A stretch of 64,000 nucleotides of DNA from the NCBI GenBank assembly GCA_025594325.1, contig JANHCV010000014.1, forward strand, positions 744,001 to 808,000, given 5' to 3'. This document shows positions 38,223 through 49,587 of this stretch, piece after piece. Position 1 is the first letter of the stretch; every line of letters begins with the position of its first letter. This DNA comes from Blastocladiella emersonii ATCC 22665. Taxonomy: Eukaryota > Fungi > Blastocladiomycota. A program made the translations under genes and the position numbers. The notes below the pieces were generated by a model. It was not told where the DNA came from. It did no database searches and saw only the letters and a list, made by a program, of their open reading frames with translations.

Positions 38223-39351
38223 CTAACGGATGCTACTTGGTCTCAAGAGTCGACTGCTCGGTAGAATCAGGTCAAGCTTGATCGGTCGCGAGTGAAGCGT
38301 GGCACGGCCACATGGGATCGCCGCCGTTCTTGTAGAAGAACCAGTTGCATCCGAGCCCGCGAACGCGAGGGGCGCAAGCCGCGCAGTAGAAAGCGCGGTA
38401 CGAAGTAGGCGAAGCGTGGCCCTCGCGCTGGCAAACATTTTCGAGCGGGGCGCAGTTCGAGGAGAGCTTGCGGCAGGTTCAGCACTGATGCTTCGGCGGC
38501 TGATTCGCGTCGCGAGTCCGATCGTTTTGGTGCTCGTCCGATGAACAGCCCGAACAGCGCCAGCCGACTATGTCTCCAAGTACTGCTCGCAACGCACAGC
38601 CCGAACACGTAGTAACAAGTGCGAAGCGGGGCACGTTCCCAATGAGCCATTCCATTCCAGCGCCGGCCCAGAACTCCGAGGCCCGATGAGTGAAGCGCAT
38701 AGCATCAGCTGAATCGGGTTTGAGACTGATCGGTTGAGCGCGCAGCATCAAAAGCGCGGTCGTTACGGGCTCCTCGAGCAGCGACATGTCAGCCGTAAGG
38801 TGTTTCGGATTGAACATGGTTTGGATGGAGTTGATGAGAGGGTAGAGAGCCGAAAGAACTTGCTCGTCGTCCAACCGTGGCTGGCACTGTGCAGGCTGCG
38901 GCAAGAGTGTAAGATGAATCGGCGGGCAGGGAAGCCGGAATGTGTTGAGATGTTGGCGAAGACCCCCGAGAACGAGTGCGAGGCTCCCGGAGAGTAATCT
39001 TCTCACGCTAAGCTCGGGTCGATCGGTCCCGTAAGGAAGGGACAACACCAGATGGACGCTTGGGAGGTACACGGACGGATGCTTGATTGACAAGACACGT
39101 AGCGTTCTGTGGGCCCTGGTCAATACCAGAAAAGAACTAGGCCCTGCGTACTCGAGAACTGCTTGTAAAATGCTCGCGAGAATGTCTTGCGGGAGGTCCA
39201 GGAACTGAAGCGGTCGCGCAGAGGCGGTTCGAGGTGACGGCGGCGCGGAGGGCGACAATGGCGACAGTGCAGGTTTCTCGGGTCGGTAGTCCACGGGACT
39301 AAGTTGCTCAAGCGGAACATGTTGCAGGGAGTCGCTTTCATTCGATGCCAT
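38223..39351 (-). CDS. F-box-like protein, paralog of 49588-50757; Helitron inserted 3 nt upstream of its ATG
   Basis: MASNESDSLQHVPLEQLS...FLDLPQDILASIL vs MASDENDSLQHVPLKQLS...LLDLPQDVLARIL. The 3' structure is unresolved. Confidence 0.6.
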
Positions 39352-39354
39352 TTT

Positions 39355-40661
39355 TCTCAGCAGTAGGCTGAGTTTCTGTGGAGCTGAATTCGCGCTCAAT
39401 CTGGGCCATTCGGCACGCCTGACTTTTCTGCCACTCCCATCAACACGCGTCGCGACGCGTCTCGGTCGAGCTCGAATTATCTTCTCCTCAATTTTCTCCA
39501 AATCCTCTTAATAAATCTACCCTCTCACTCTATGAAACTCAACTAAAATCGTCTGGGGCACAGTTCGACGTCGGAATACTCTCCGTGTACCTGACCTCTC
39601 ACTCTTCCCGCTCCTCCCGCGGCCACTGTGCATATCCTCTACATTTCCTCCGTCCTTCATGTCCTACGTGGGCATCCACACGCTTCCCTGACGCTTTGAT
39701 TTAATTCACCGCTTGCGCGTATTGTGTCTCGCGTTTTTTGTCTCGCGTCTCCTGTCTCGCACTCGTGGCGTGCGCGAGACACATCGCGTCTCTTGTGTCT
39801 CACTAGCACGAGACGCGCACGCGCGTTGCCAGACACGCGCGTGAGAGCGCGTTCGTTGCGCGGACGGCAAATTCCCACGCGTCTGGACGCGTGGGAGCGC
39901 GTGTGTGCGCGACGCGTGTGTGCGCGACGCGTTGGCACGCGCGTGACGGCGAATTCCCACACGTCGACACGCGTGCGAGCGCGTCTGGTGCGCGGACGGC
40001 AAAATCGCTTGCTTCTTTCTTCCGTGCTTTCTCACGCGGCATCGTCAACGGCGTCATTGGCCGTGTTGAAGGCTTTGCCACCGACGCGAACAACGACATT
40101 GATGCAGTCATCATCCGGCCCAACAAGGATCTGGGTCGCATGCCCAAGCTACCCGGGATCCCCGACGGCTGCTTCCCGCTGCGCCGCGAGATCGCCTCGT
40201 TCCGCCTCAAGAGCGAGGTGGCCGGCACATCCAAGACGATCCATCAAGCCCAGTTCCCGCTCGAGCTCGCGTACGCGCTGACGGCGCACAAGGCCCAAGG
40301 GATGACCCTCGAAAAGGTCATCGTTGATCTCGCCGACATGACGCGTGGATCGTTACCGTGGCGCTTCCTGTACATGATCCTATCGCGTGTACGGCGCGGT
40401 GACGACATCCTGATCCTGCGTGATCCAGGTATCCAAGGCCTGAATCAAACACAGGATCAACATTTACTTGCCGAGTACGCTCGACTGCAAAGTCTGGCGG
40501 AGGCAACCACTACCTAGTCCTTAGCTCATTAATACATGGCGATTTCGACACGTCATTCACTACTCGCCTTTCAACGCGGACGGAACTTGACGTCCAGCAT
40601 ATTTTCAAGTCAGCCTAGTCGCCTACTGCTGAGACAGAGTGTGCAAAGCACACACCCCTAG
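39355..40661 (+). mobile_element. Helitron copy 3, 1307-bp non-autonomous element with both termini
   Basis: The 5' about 130 bp match the copy 1 terminus. PIF1 C-terminal motifs FPLELAYALTAHKAQGMTLEKVIVDL and LYMILSRVR (to 40517). Same 3' hairpin-CTAG end. The joined flanks match the empty paralogous site at 50741-50752. Confidence 0.93.
39820..40010. repeat. Imperfect CGCGTG-rich tandem repeats inside Helitron copy 3
   Basis: CGCGTGTGTGCGCGACG twice in tandem, plus duplicated GCGCGGACGGCAAA and AATTCCCAC. Confidence 0.6.
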
Positions 40662-40839
40662 TGCTTCATGGTTTGCCGATTGGTGGGAGCGTGAGCGCGA
40701 AGCGACGCGTCGCGTCTGACGTCACGACGCGTGGGAAATCCGCCGTGGCCTGCCTCAAGCCTCGATCGAGCCTCTAACCCCATCACTGTATGATCAACCA
40801 AAACGTGTTAAATCTTTCCAACCTTGTGCTGAGCGCACG

Positions 40840-42569
40840 GCGCTCAAGTAACGATAGATCGACGTGGGTGCTCTTGCAGTAAACGTTGAATTGTTTCACT
40901 ACATATCAAGCGGAAAGTCGGACCAGACTTTGCACACATCCAGCTTCTCGTTTCGAGCCAGAAACATGATCGAACCCTCGGTGATTTGCGTGCCACCGAG
41001 TGAGATGCTCGCCGTGGAATCCCGCGAACTCGCGAAATTATCAAGCGGCCAGTAGGGCGCGTCTGAAATCGGATTGGCTTACAGTACCAGCGATCGCACG
41101 GTGCTCGGCAGGGCTTTCAGAAGTTGCTCCAAATCAGCATCAGTCATGCCGATTGCGCCAAGCCACAAGTGCTCAAGCTGAACCGGTGCACCCGCCGCTC
41201 GTACTAGTTCGCGACGGCCTGGCGCGTTGAAGAAACGAAGTGCCCCGAAATGATTCGGTCAAAGCAGCCTCAAAATCACGAGAGAGCTCGGAAGGCTGCG
41301 TGCGAGGCCTGTAAGGTCTTCGTCTGACAGTGCGCAAGACATGAGGTTCAGGACGCGCATCCCTTCATGAAGTTGGGGAGCGAGCGCCGTCATTGAGCCG
41401 TTCGAGATTGAGTTGTCGGATAGATCGAGCTCTTCGAGGGTAATGGGGAGGCGGTAAGCGAGCTCGCGCACGTCAGCAAGTGTAAGCCCACAGTTGTTGA
41501 ACGACGGAGACGTGATAGATTGGGGCAGCGAGCGCACAAATGCGATGAATGCGAGAGCCGGACTTAGAGCGTCGGCGGCCGGTTGCAAAGCATCAGCATC
41601 AAAGTAACACCATTGAATGTGTAACATTTCGAGAGTCGCTGGGAGATACGTGAACAGCGTGGTCGACTCGTCGAGCAGGCTGAAATCGCAATAGCGAAAC
41701 GTCAGAGATTCGAGCTTTGCTGAGAAAAGGCTGCCAAGCTCACCCGCGCCACGAGGATCAACATACGAGCGGGAGAAGGAAAGACTGGTCACCGAATCGG
41801 CAAGCGGATCGTGACGCATGCTGGTGAATGCGAGCGAGCGGACAGTCGACGGGCTAAAGAGCGATCTCACAAGCTCGGTGGTCATGTTACACGCGCCAAA
41901 TACATGTCTTGGACGGATTGACCAGGGTTTGAAAGGTGAGCATTGAGTGCGTTGATTCCATTTGAAGTCAAGCGGCCGCTGTTGAATGACAAATACCCGC
42001 AGTTGCCATTAGCTTTGTTCGGAAGCCGCTGTAACATGTCAGCGTCGCCCGGCTCGATAGCGTTGGGGGAGGAGACCTAGCATCGCACAATGCAAGAGTT
42101 AGACGCGGCTCAGTTTCTCCTTCTCGTTCACTCGGCTGCGCACACGTACGGGTAGCTTTTCGATCATCTCAGCGACAGCGCGAGCTCCGATGACGCCAAC
42201 GATAGGCGAGCGTTCACGTGAGATCGAGTACGCCTTGAACGGCGGTAGCGGAAGTCCCGAGTCGCGCCACCAGTCCAGGACCTGGAATTGACACCTCTGG
42301 CCGGCCTCGACAAGCGCGTCGATCGAGTATGTCAAAGAAAGCCGTGACGCGCGCCAGGCATCAAGCGCGGCCACATTGCCCCGCCTGGTCGCTTCGCTCA
42401 TGGAGAGCAGCGAGCAGCGGCGCAAAATGGCGCGAGTGACACCTGGAATGCCGGCGCGCCGCTTCACCCGCGCGTACTGCGCGAGGCCGACGCGGTCGTT
42501 TGGGTCGTCGTGCGCCTGGACGGCGTAGCAGAGCAAATGTTCAATAAGTTGCGGCAAGTTAAATCCCAT
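40840..42569 (-). CDS. Ankyrin-like N-terminus plus RNI-like LRR protein (spliced, possibly disrupted)
   Basis: ORF from MGFNLPQ (SMSEATRRGNVAALDAW, VLDWWRDSGLPL), followed by the LRR ORF 41259..41885 (LPITLEELDLSDNSI, LPSSLVILRL). The junctions are not fully resolved. Confidence 0.6.
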
Positions 42570-42747
42570 GTTCGTTCCATTAGCTTTGCGTTCTTGGGGG
42601 AGCAAGGCGAACGGACCGCCAGCGCGGTGATCGCGCGTCGTGGGCGCCTCGAGTGACCTCACGCTGTGGCGCTCCCAGTCGCCCAAGGCCAAGGCCGGGC
42701 GGACCCCCGAGTCGGTTCCCGCTCCCGCAGCGCATGTGAAGCAAATA

Positions 42748-44470
42748 ATGTTATCTGTCGCGGGTCTCATTGGGGACATCTTACTCCGTGCAATCGAGCT
42801 TCACGACGATCCCGATGACGTGCACGGGCTGGTGCAGTACGCACGGGTGGCTCGTGAGCGCGATATTCCGCAGGTCCACCGAGCCATCTTGCAACACGCG
42901 CCAAGCCTTTCCATGGACGCTGCGAGTGGATGCGGCGCTGTTCCCGTCCTTGTCAAATGGGTGGCATCGGGGCTTCCCCTTGTGTATACGAAATCGGCAA
43001 TTGCTACTGCAGCTGAGAATATGCAGCTTGAGTCGCTCGAGTGGTGGTGCGACTCGGGCCTGCCACTGGAAATTCCCATCACCATTCGAGAAGAACAACG
43101 CGTCCCATTGGGCGCACAGTACGAGTCTTCACTACTCCGGGCGGGCGGGCTGAACATTGTCGAGCATCATGTTCACTCATTTCTCGCTAGGCTTCATACT
43201 CTCTCCCACATTGTTCCTTGAAGGTACGCATCCCCTTGACTCGAATCTTTGCAAAACTGTCTCTAACCTGAGCCGAGATCCGCAATAGAACGAACCGCCG
43301 CGCGTCATCGACTCGGCAATCCATTCAGCTGTCGTTGACCTCGCTGAGGGTCGCATCACCGATTTCACCCTTGACCATGAGCCGATCCGCATGGCGAGCG
43401 TTCTGGCTCTCAACGAATCGCTCCAGAGCCCAATGCAGGCGCTCGGGTCTCTTTACATCAACTGTTGCACCATCAATTTGCACCGCTTTCTTGCAGTACG
43501 CCTGCCCCACACAGTGACCTCGCTCACATGGATATCCGGTTGGCCCTCACGCGTTGCTGATCCAGCACAACTTCCCAAAATGCTTTGGCCAGCACAGCTG
43601 GAGAAGCTCACGCTTTCATCCGATCATCTCGGCGAGCTTGCACCCGCGCTCTTGCGCGACTTGCCTTCGAGTCTGACCGAACTCGAGCTCTCTGACGAGC
43701 TCAATGACGATGCTTTGGTTGCCGTCGCCACTCAACTCCCGCCCAATCTTCTTTTGTTGGATCTCGCTTGGAATCCGCTCACTGCAGCGGGACTGGCAGA
43801 GCTTGGCCCACTCCTCCCCTCCTCGCTATCGCGTCTCGAGCTCTCAGTCTCGAATTTCTTTGTACCTGGCGATCGCGTGGACGTCCGCTGGAAGCTGCCT
43901 CCTGCCCTGTCCGAGTTGATCCTCATAGGAAATCTCGAATCCGACGATCCTTTCACCAATGCCGACGGGCCTTGAGTGGACGTATTTGCCAAAGCTCTCG
44001 CCGATTGTCTTCCCCAAACACTTGCCTTGCTCAAGTTCTCGGGAATTGCTCTTACCAAAACCGCGCTGACCACGCTCATGGCTGGCCTCCCTGCTGGTCT
44101 TGCCTCGCTTGAACTTTCGGAAGCGCGTCTCGACACCGCGGCCAAGGTCAAGTGCTTGGTGCTTCCGAATTCCTTGCGCTCGCTGAATCTTTTGGCCAAC
44201 CGTTTCCAAGGTGACAGCCTGCGCGCGCTGGCAGAACGTCTCCCGCCTAGTTTGGAGTCACTCAGCCTCGAGCGAGCGCTCATTAGCGATGAGATGGCGA
44301 TGCTGCTCGCGCCGCTTCTCCCAAAATCGCTCAAGTCGCTCGAAATCGGCATGAACTCACTCTGCCGTCGAGCGGAGCTCATTGCGGCCATCGCTCCACC
44401 CGAAGTCAAGGTTGTATTACCGGTTCTGGTCCCGAAGAACGCGCTGAGGACGCATATTCGCCGCTATTAA
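42748..44470 (+). pseudogene. Ankyrin-like N-terminus plus RNI-like LRR protein, head-to-head paralog; in-frame TGA at 43973-43975
   Basis: MLSVAGLIGDILLRA...SMDAASGCG...LEWWCDSGLPL; intron 43224-43288; LRR ORFs 43391..43975 and 43976..44470 in the same frame (LPSSLTELELS, LPNSLRSLNL). An earlier frameshift is likely. Confidence 0.65.
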
Positions 44471-44842
44471 CGACTACCGGTGGTGGTGGTGGCGTTTGAT
44501 CCTTTTGTTTCAAGTCACGCGGCGGCGCAACGCCTGCACATGAATAGCGCGTCCTCCCCTACTCTTCTTTCAGTCGCTCCTGCTATATTTAATCAAATTT
44601 ACGGCCATTGTACGTCCATTTCACACGGCGAGGAAAGCGCGGCGCCACTCATGCGACAGCGCCGCGACCGCAAACTTAAGGTTTGAGGCGCGTAGTTGGC
44701 CACGGTCAATCCTGATAAGCGACGCGTTTCGCACTCCGCAAGACAAAATCCGTTCAAACCAGCACGTTGCCGTGCAGCAATAATTGTGGAACAGAGATTT
44801 GTATAGAGCCGGATACAGAGAACAGCGAAGGACTCGGAACTG

Positions 44843-46232
44843 TTACCCCTCGGGCCGCGGGATAAACGCGGCGAGCGGGAGTCCCGTCGAGGAATTGCGA
44901 AGGGCGTTAACTTGGCCCTCATGGTTGCCTGCGGCCACCCGGAACTTGTCTAGGAGAGCGTAAGCGTCGCTAGCGAACTGATGACCGAGTGGCCCGGCAG
45001 AATCGTGAAGCGCAGCCAGGAACTGAGCGTACAGAGTTTCGAGCGAAGGACGGCGGCGAATGTGGGCTCTAGCGCTCACCGCGACACCGCCGCTTGCCTA
45101 CAAAATTGGGATTTGAATGAGATTTCCGTCGCGGAAGAGAACGCATGCAACGGATGCACATACGAGCGTTGCGATGACAATCAAGACGCACGGGGCAATC
45201 TGCTGCAAAGTGACGGACGGTGCGTTGGCAACCATGTTCCGAATCAAGCGCGCGTTGAGTCGCTCGAGGTACGCTTCGATGCCCTTAACCCAGTGTCCTA
45301 TAGCCAGCCAAAATTTGCAAGTGAGGTTAGATTGTTCCCGGTCCAACAGAAAAGGCGGAACGCGTACCTTCGCGCCAGTTGGTGCCCCGCTTGATGACGG
45401 CGAGAAAGAAGGGGTGCAAGTGGAGCGATCCGCGGACATCAGGCTGGTGGTCCTCAAGCATCCAGCTCAAGTTGAAATCGAGGGTGAGAGTAACGCCAGT
45501 CGAATCAAGAGCGGGAAGTTTGGGGTGAATTTGAACAGAGCGTCTGTCCTTGAGAATCGCCTTTGCGGCATCCGAAAAGCGGCTTCGAAGGCTCTTGGAA
45601 ACCATGTGGTAAAGGTCCATGTACTGTTCGTGCAGGTGGTGAGCTTTGGTATCGTGCACGCAAACCAAACGAGGACCGTACCTTGCGGAAATCAAGGACT
45701 GGCTCTTCCTCGCCTACGAGCTCGAGGTAGTCGGCATAGCAATGGGCTTCCAAGTCCTTGGCGTCGAGGTACAAGCCATAGACGAGAACGCTTACGCGCA
45801 GCTGCATGCAGAGCTGGGGTGACAGGCTGTCTGACTTGACAGCTGCGGGGCGATGGCGCTTGGCCTTGGGTCTAAATGTGTCCCGTTAAAATCGCTCGAA
45901 ACAATAAACGGCAAGGCAGAAACATACTCACGAACATGGTCGTCAGACCCTTCGTTGCGGTCCTCCTCCTCTCGATCGCTCTCATCACGCTGGTCATATT
46001 CCTCGTCTGAAGGTTCATCACTGCTGGGCAACTCAGAAAGCTCCTCATCGTCGACACACTCCTCGACCTTGACAGCGACTGGGCTAGCTCCAACGTCCGA
46101 CCGTGTGGCGCTCGGGCGCAGATGGGGCCACGGGCCATCGGTGGGAGCTCGCTCCACTGGCGCAGACTCGGTCACGACCCGGTCGCGGATGCGTTAACTA
46201 CGCCGTGTCGAGTCCGTTGCATGAAGTTTCAT
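44843..46232 (-). CDS. Family Y member, 5 exons, open except for TAA at codon 13
   Basis: Four GT-AG introns join ORFs 45792..46175, 45505..45807, 45327..45695, 45098..45457 and 44843..45079 in frame. ATG AAA CTT...AGT TAA CGC ATC. Confidence 0.7.
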
Positions 46233-46385
46233 GGTTTCGTTGTGCGTCACATGCGCTGCGTTTGGGAGAGCGGAGGAGGAAGGGTCGGCGGTTGCGCGTT
46301 GCGCCACTTGGCACTGCGAACTCGCACGCCTGGTCGCACGCTCTCAACCTGTTGATCCTGCGGTGTCACGGCAACCAACGCCGCC

Positions 46386-47697
46386 ATGGAACCTAATGCA
46401 ACGGGTCCCGCCCGCCGCAGCTAGAGTATTTGGAAGCGCGTCGCCGCCGCTGAGCGGGTCCCGCCGCCGCGCGTGCCCGATGCTGCTCCGCGAGCGCGGC
46501 TGCGCCCGAGGAGTAAAGCTGGGTCTGCTGCATCGCCTGCCTTGATTGGCGAGGAGGGCGGTAGCGGTGACACTAGTGAGTCGAGTGCGCCTGCTAGCAG
46601 CGACGCTGAGCGCGAGGAAGAAGACCTCAACGAGCCAGAGGTAACTGGCGGGTACGGTTCCGCTCGATCCGTCCGCCCGCCCGAACATGTCGCTCGTGTC
46701 TCACCTATGCGATGGGACTAGTCACACTCACAGGCGGTGGTACCGACCTATCCTGGCGCACGTGTCACCGGCGCTCAAGGCGCAGATTCGCGTCAGCAGC
46801 CTCATCTACGGGCCCTTCGCGGACGAGCGAACCGTCCGCAAGCACTGCTACTCCGACTATCTCGAATCTTTCCGCGGGATCGAGCCGCTCATGGAGTTCA
46901 ATTACGTAACACCTGAAGGGCTTCGCAGGTGATAATGGGTTGCTCATTTCGTTCGCGAGCTAGTACCATGCTCTGTTCATCCACGCCGCCGGGAACTTCC
47001 GCAAGATCCTGAGCGCTGCGGCCGAGCGTATGCTCCAAGGCAAACGCTCCGACTCGACCCGCCTTGACTTGCCGACCAACGTCTCGGCTGTGGCTTCGCG
47101 CGGCGTCGAGTTCAATCTGCGCTGGATGGTCAAGGCGTGCGCCGACGGCAGCGGTGCGTTTGCGATGCACCCGTTCGTCGACCAGCTGGTCCGTCGCGCC
47201 ATGAACTGGCATGGAGGTGCGCTTGGCGCATCGGTCATTCGTCGTTTGCTTGTGCTCTGAGCACGACTCTTTAGGGCACGGCATTGTCGACATAGAGCCG
47301 TACCTCGCACGGCTCAACGAGCGCACCGCGCGGACCGCCGGCGCCGAGGCCAAGGTCGTGACGGTCCACCAGGTCGCACCGCTGATCGTCGTTGCTATCG
47401 CGGTGATGGTACGATTCACCCGGAGCACCGCACCGTTATTGACGAGCGCTACTCACTTTCCACTTGGATCGCGTAGGCGAGCTGCGGCGTCGCGCTCCAC
47501 TTCCAGGCCGACCGCACAGGCATGCCGCCGATGGAGCTTCTGTATAACGGGATGCTCGCGACGTTCAACGATCGACACGGAACGCTCGGCGACCGGTTTG
47601 CCGCGGAATCGTGCGCTCTCATCGACCTGCTGCTCCGTGATGCCGCTGCTCAAGGGCAGGAGGTGAGTGACGATGATGCGCCAGGAGACGCGGATTA
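46386..47697 (+). CDS. Family Y member, 5 exons, open except for TAG at codon 13
   Basis: GCCGCCATGG start, MEPNATGPARRS*SIWKR. In-frame splicing through IYGPFADERTVRKHCYSDY, MHPFVDQLVRR and YLARLNER to the last exon PMELLYNGMLATFND. Confidence 0.7.
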
Positions 47698-48025
47698 GAG
47701 ATTCACACTTGCGACGCGCGCCGAGCGCGAGGAGTAGAGTGAGTTGGCGTATATTCATGTCAATGTACCTTCGTGCCTGATTCACTTCTACTGTTCGCGC
47801 GTGGTGAGCAGACTGAACACCGTAGCGCGGCCGTGGACGCGTTGCGCCACCCACGTGAGCGGTGGACCTTCCTTGAACCTCACGCTGATAGTCCGAAGTA
47901 AGCGTGACGTCCTGGTGAGCTCAAGCCGCAGGTCAAACACTAGGAACATCATCCGGGACAGGGAACCAATTGGAACAGATTCCCCATGTCATATGCGTGT
48001 CATTTACAAAAAAGGAGAGTTCAAA

Positions 48026-49384
48026 CTACTCCGAGCTACGGTCGAGGAACGCCACGAGCGGGAGCCCGGTCACCGCGTCGCGCGGAAGCTGGTCCGAGCT
48101 CGTACACGTGGCGCGAAGCTCGCGGGCCAGCTCTTCGAGGAGATCGCGCGAGTCCGCGGCAAACTGCTTGCTGAGTAGTCCGTCTTCGTCGTCGAGCTCA
48201 GCCACGAGGTTGTTGAATAGCTTCTCGAGCGGCGGGCGAGATTTGCCGTGTACACCGTGGTGCGTGATGATGCTGCCGCTCGCCTAAACGGCGGGTTAGC
48301 GTACGGCGGCGGGCACGGCGGGTGGGAGCGACGCGAACGTGCGAGCGTCGCGACGGAGACCACGATGAGCGGAGCGAGCTGCCGCAGCGAGACGACGTCG
48401 GCGTGACGGTCCGCGGTCCGCGTAAGCCGATCGTTGAGTCGGGAGATGTACAGCTGGATCTCAACAACGCCGTTGACTATTCAAGGCGCCGGTGTGGTAA
48501 GTCTTCACTCCTCAGCAAGGTGGCGAGCGGCACACGTACCGCCGCGCCAACTCATTCCGCGACGGAGAAGGCTGGTAAGGAACGGGTGCATGCGAGGCGA
48601 TGCAGAATCGTCCGTCTCCTGGACTATCCAGACGCGATGATAATCGATGCCGCGGATATCGTCATCCGCTTGAAGACAAGAGAGGTCAGGCTTGGAAAGG
48701 GAAGCGGTTTGGTCACGGAGGAGCGCGTTGGCCGTGTCAACAAAGAACGTGCGAGTGTTGTGAACTTCGGTCTTGAACAGCTCGAGGTACTATACGCGGT
48801 GCGTCAGCGTGCGTGGAGAATGGAAAGCGGGGCAAGCGCACAGGGACCGCACCTTCTCAATCGGAACCACCAGCTCGCCCTCGTCGCACGTATAAACGTA
48901 ATCGGCGTAGCAATGGGCCCGAAGCGTCTCAGCGTCAGCGAACGGACCGTACACGAGGACGCTGGCGCGCAACTGCGTCCGGAGGGCCTGTGAGATTTAC
49001 AGTGCACTTGGGTGCTTGCGGGAAATTCGCCGCTTCCTAGACGACTCACCGGTTTAGTGATACATGGAGCGCGTTTCTGCGTGGGCTTGAGACGTGCCTC
49101 TGAGCTCCGCCGGAGCCCTGGCCCGCCCCGCTGGCACTGCTCACACGAGCCGGCGGCTCAACGTCACTGCTGCTCATGTCGGACAGATCGTCACCGCTCG
49201 CGAAACCAGCATCATCGAGTTTCATCGACACGGCACGAGTGAGAGCCTGCTGATCCGGTGCGAGAGCCACGCGCTGCAGCGAAGCTCGGGCGACTGACGG
49301 CACTGGCCGAGTGCTGCTGCTGGCCGCGGCGAAGCTGGTACGACGCCGTTTGCGGACCGCTGGTTCCGTTGCATGAGGTTCCAT
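48026..49384 (-). CDS. Family Y member, apparently intact; last intron is GC-AG (48284-48342)
   Basis: MEPHATEPAVRK; VYGPFADAETLRAHCYADY; MHPFLTSLLRR; LRQLAPLIVV; last exon PLEKLFNNLVAELDDEDGLLSKQFAADSRDLL...LPRDAVTGLPL. Confidence 0.7.
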
Positions 49385-49587
49385 GGAGACTTTATGTAAG
49401 GTGATCTGTTAACGGGAGAGAAGACTGCAGCGCGCGGGCAGAGTGAAACGGATCTGCGTTTGCCCACATGAGTGGCGCAACGCGTGGTTCAAGTCAATCG
49501 TTTTTCTTGCCTGTCCACATCACGTCCGAAGAGAACAATCAGGGTGGTATTGAATACATGCGAGCGCTAAAGAAGCGAGTCTAGCAC

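Noticed and set aside
38479-39501. N-terminal 50 aa of this ORF
   Set aside because: It begins at TTG inside the Helitron terminus; the paralog shows the native start at MASNES (39351).
1544-46424. Alternative genetic code (TGA=Trp or TAG reassigned)
   Set aside because: Internal stops are of all three types and align to different residues (W, G, K/Q), while TAG, TAA and TGA end normal genes and midasin uses TGG for Trp throughout.
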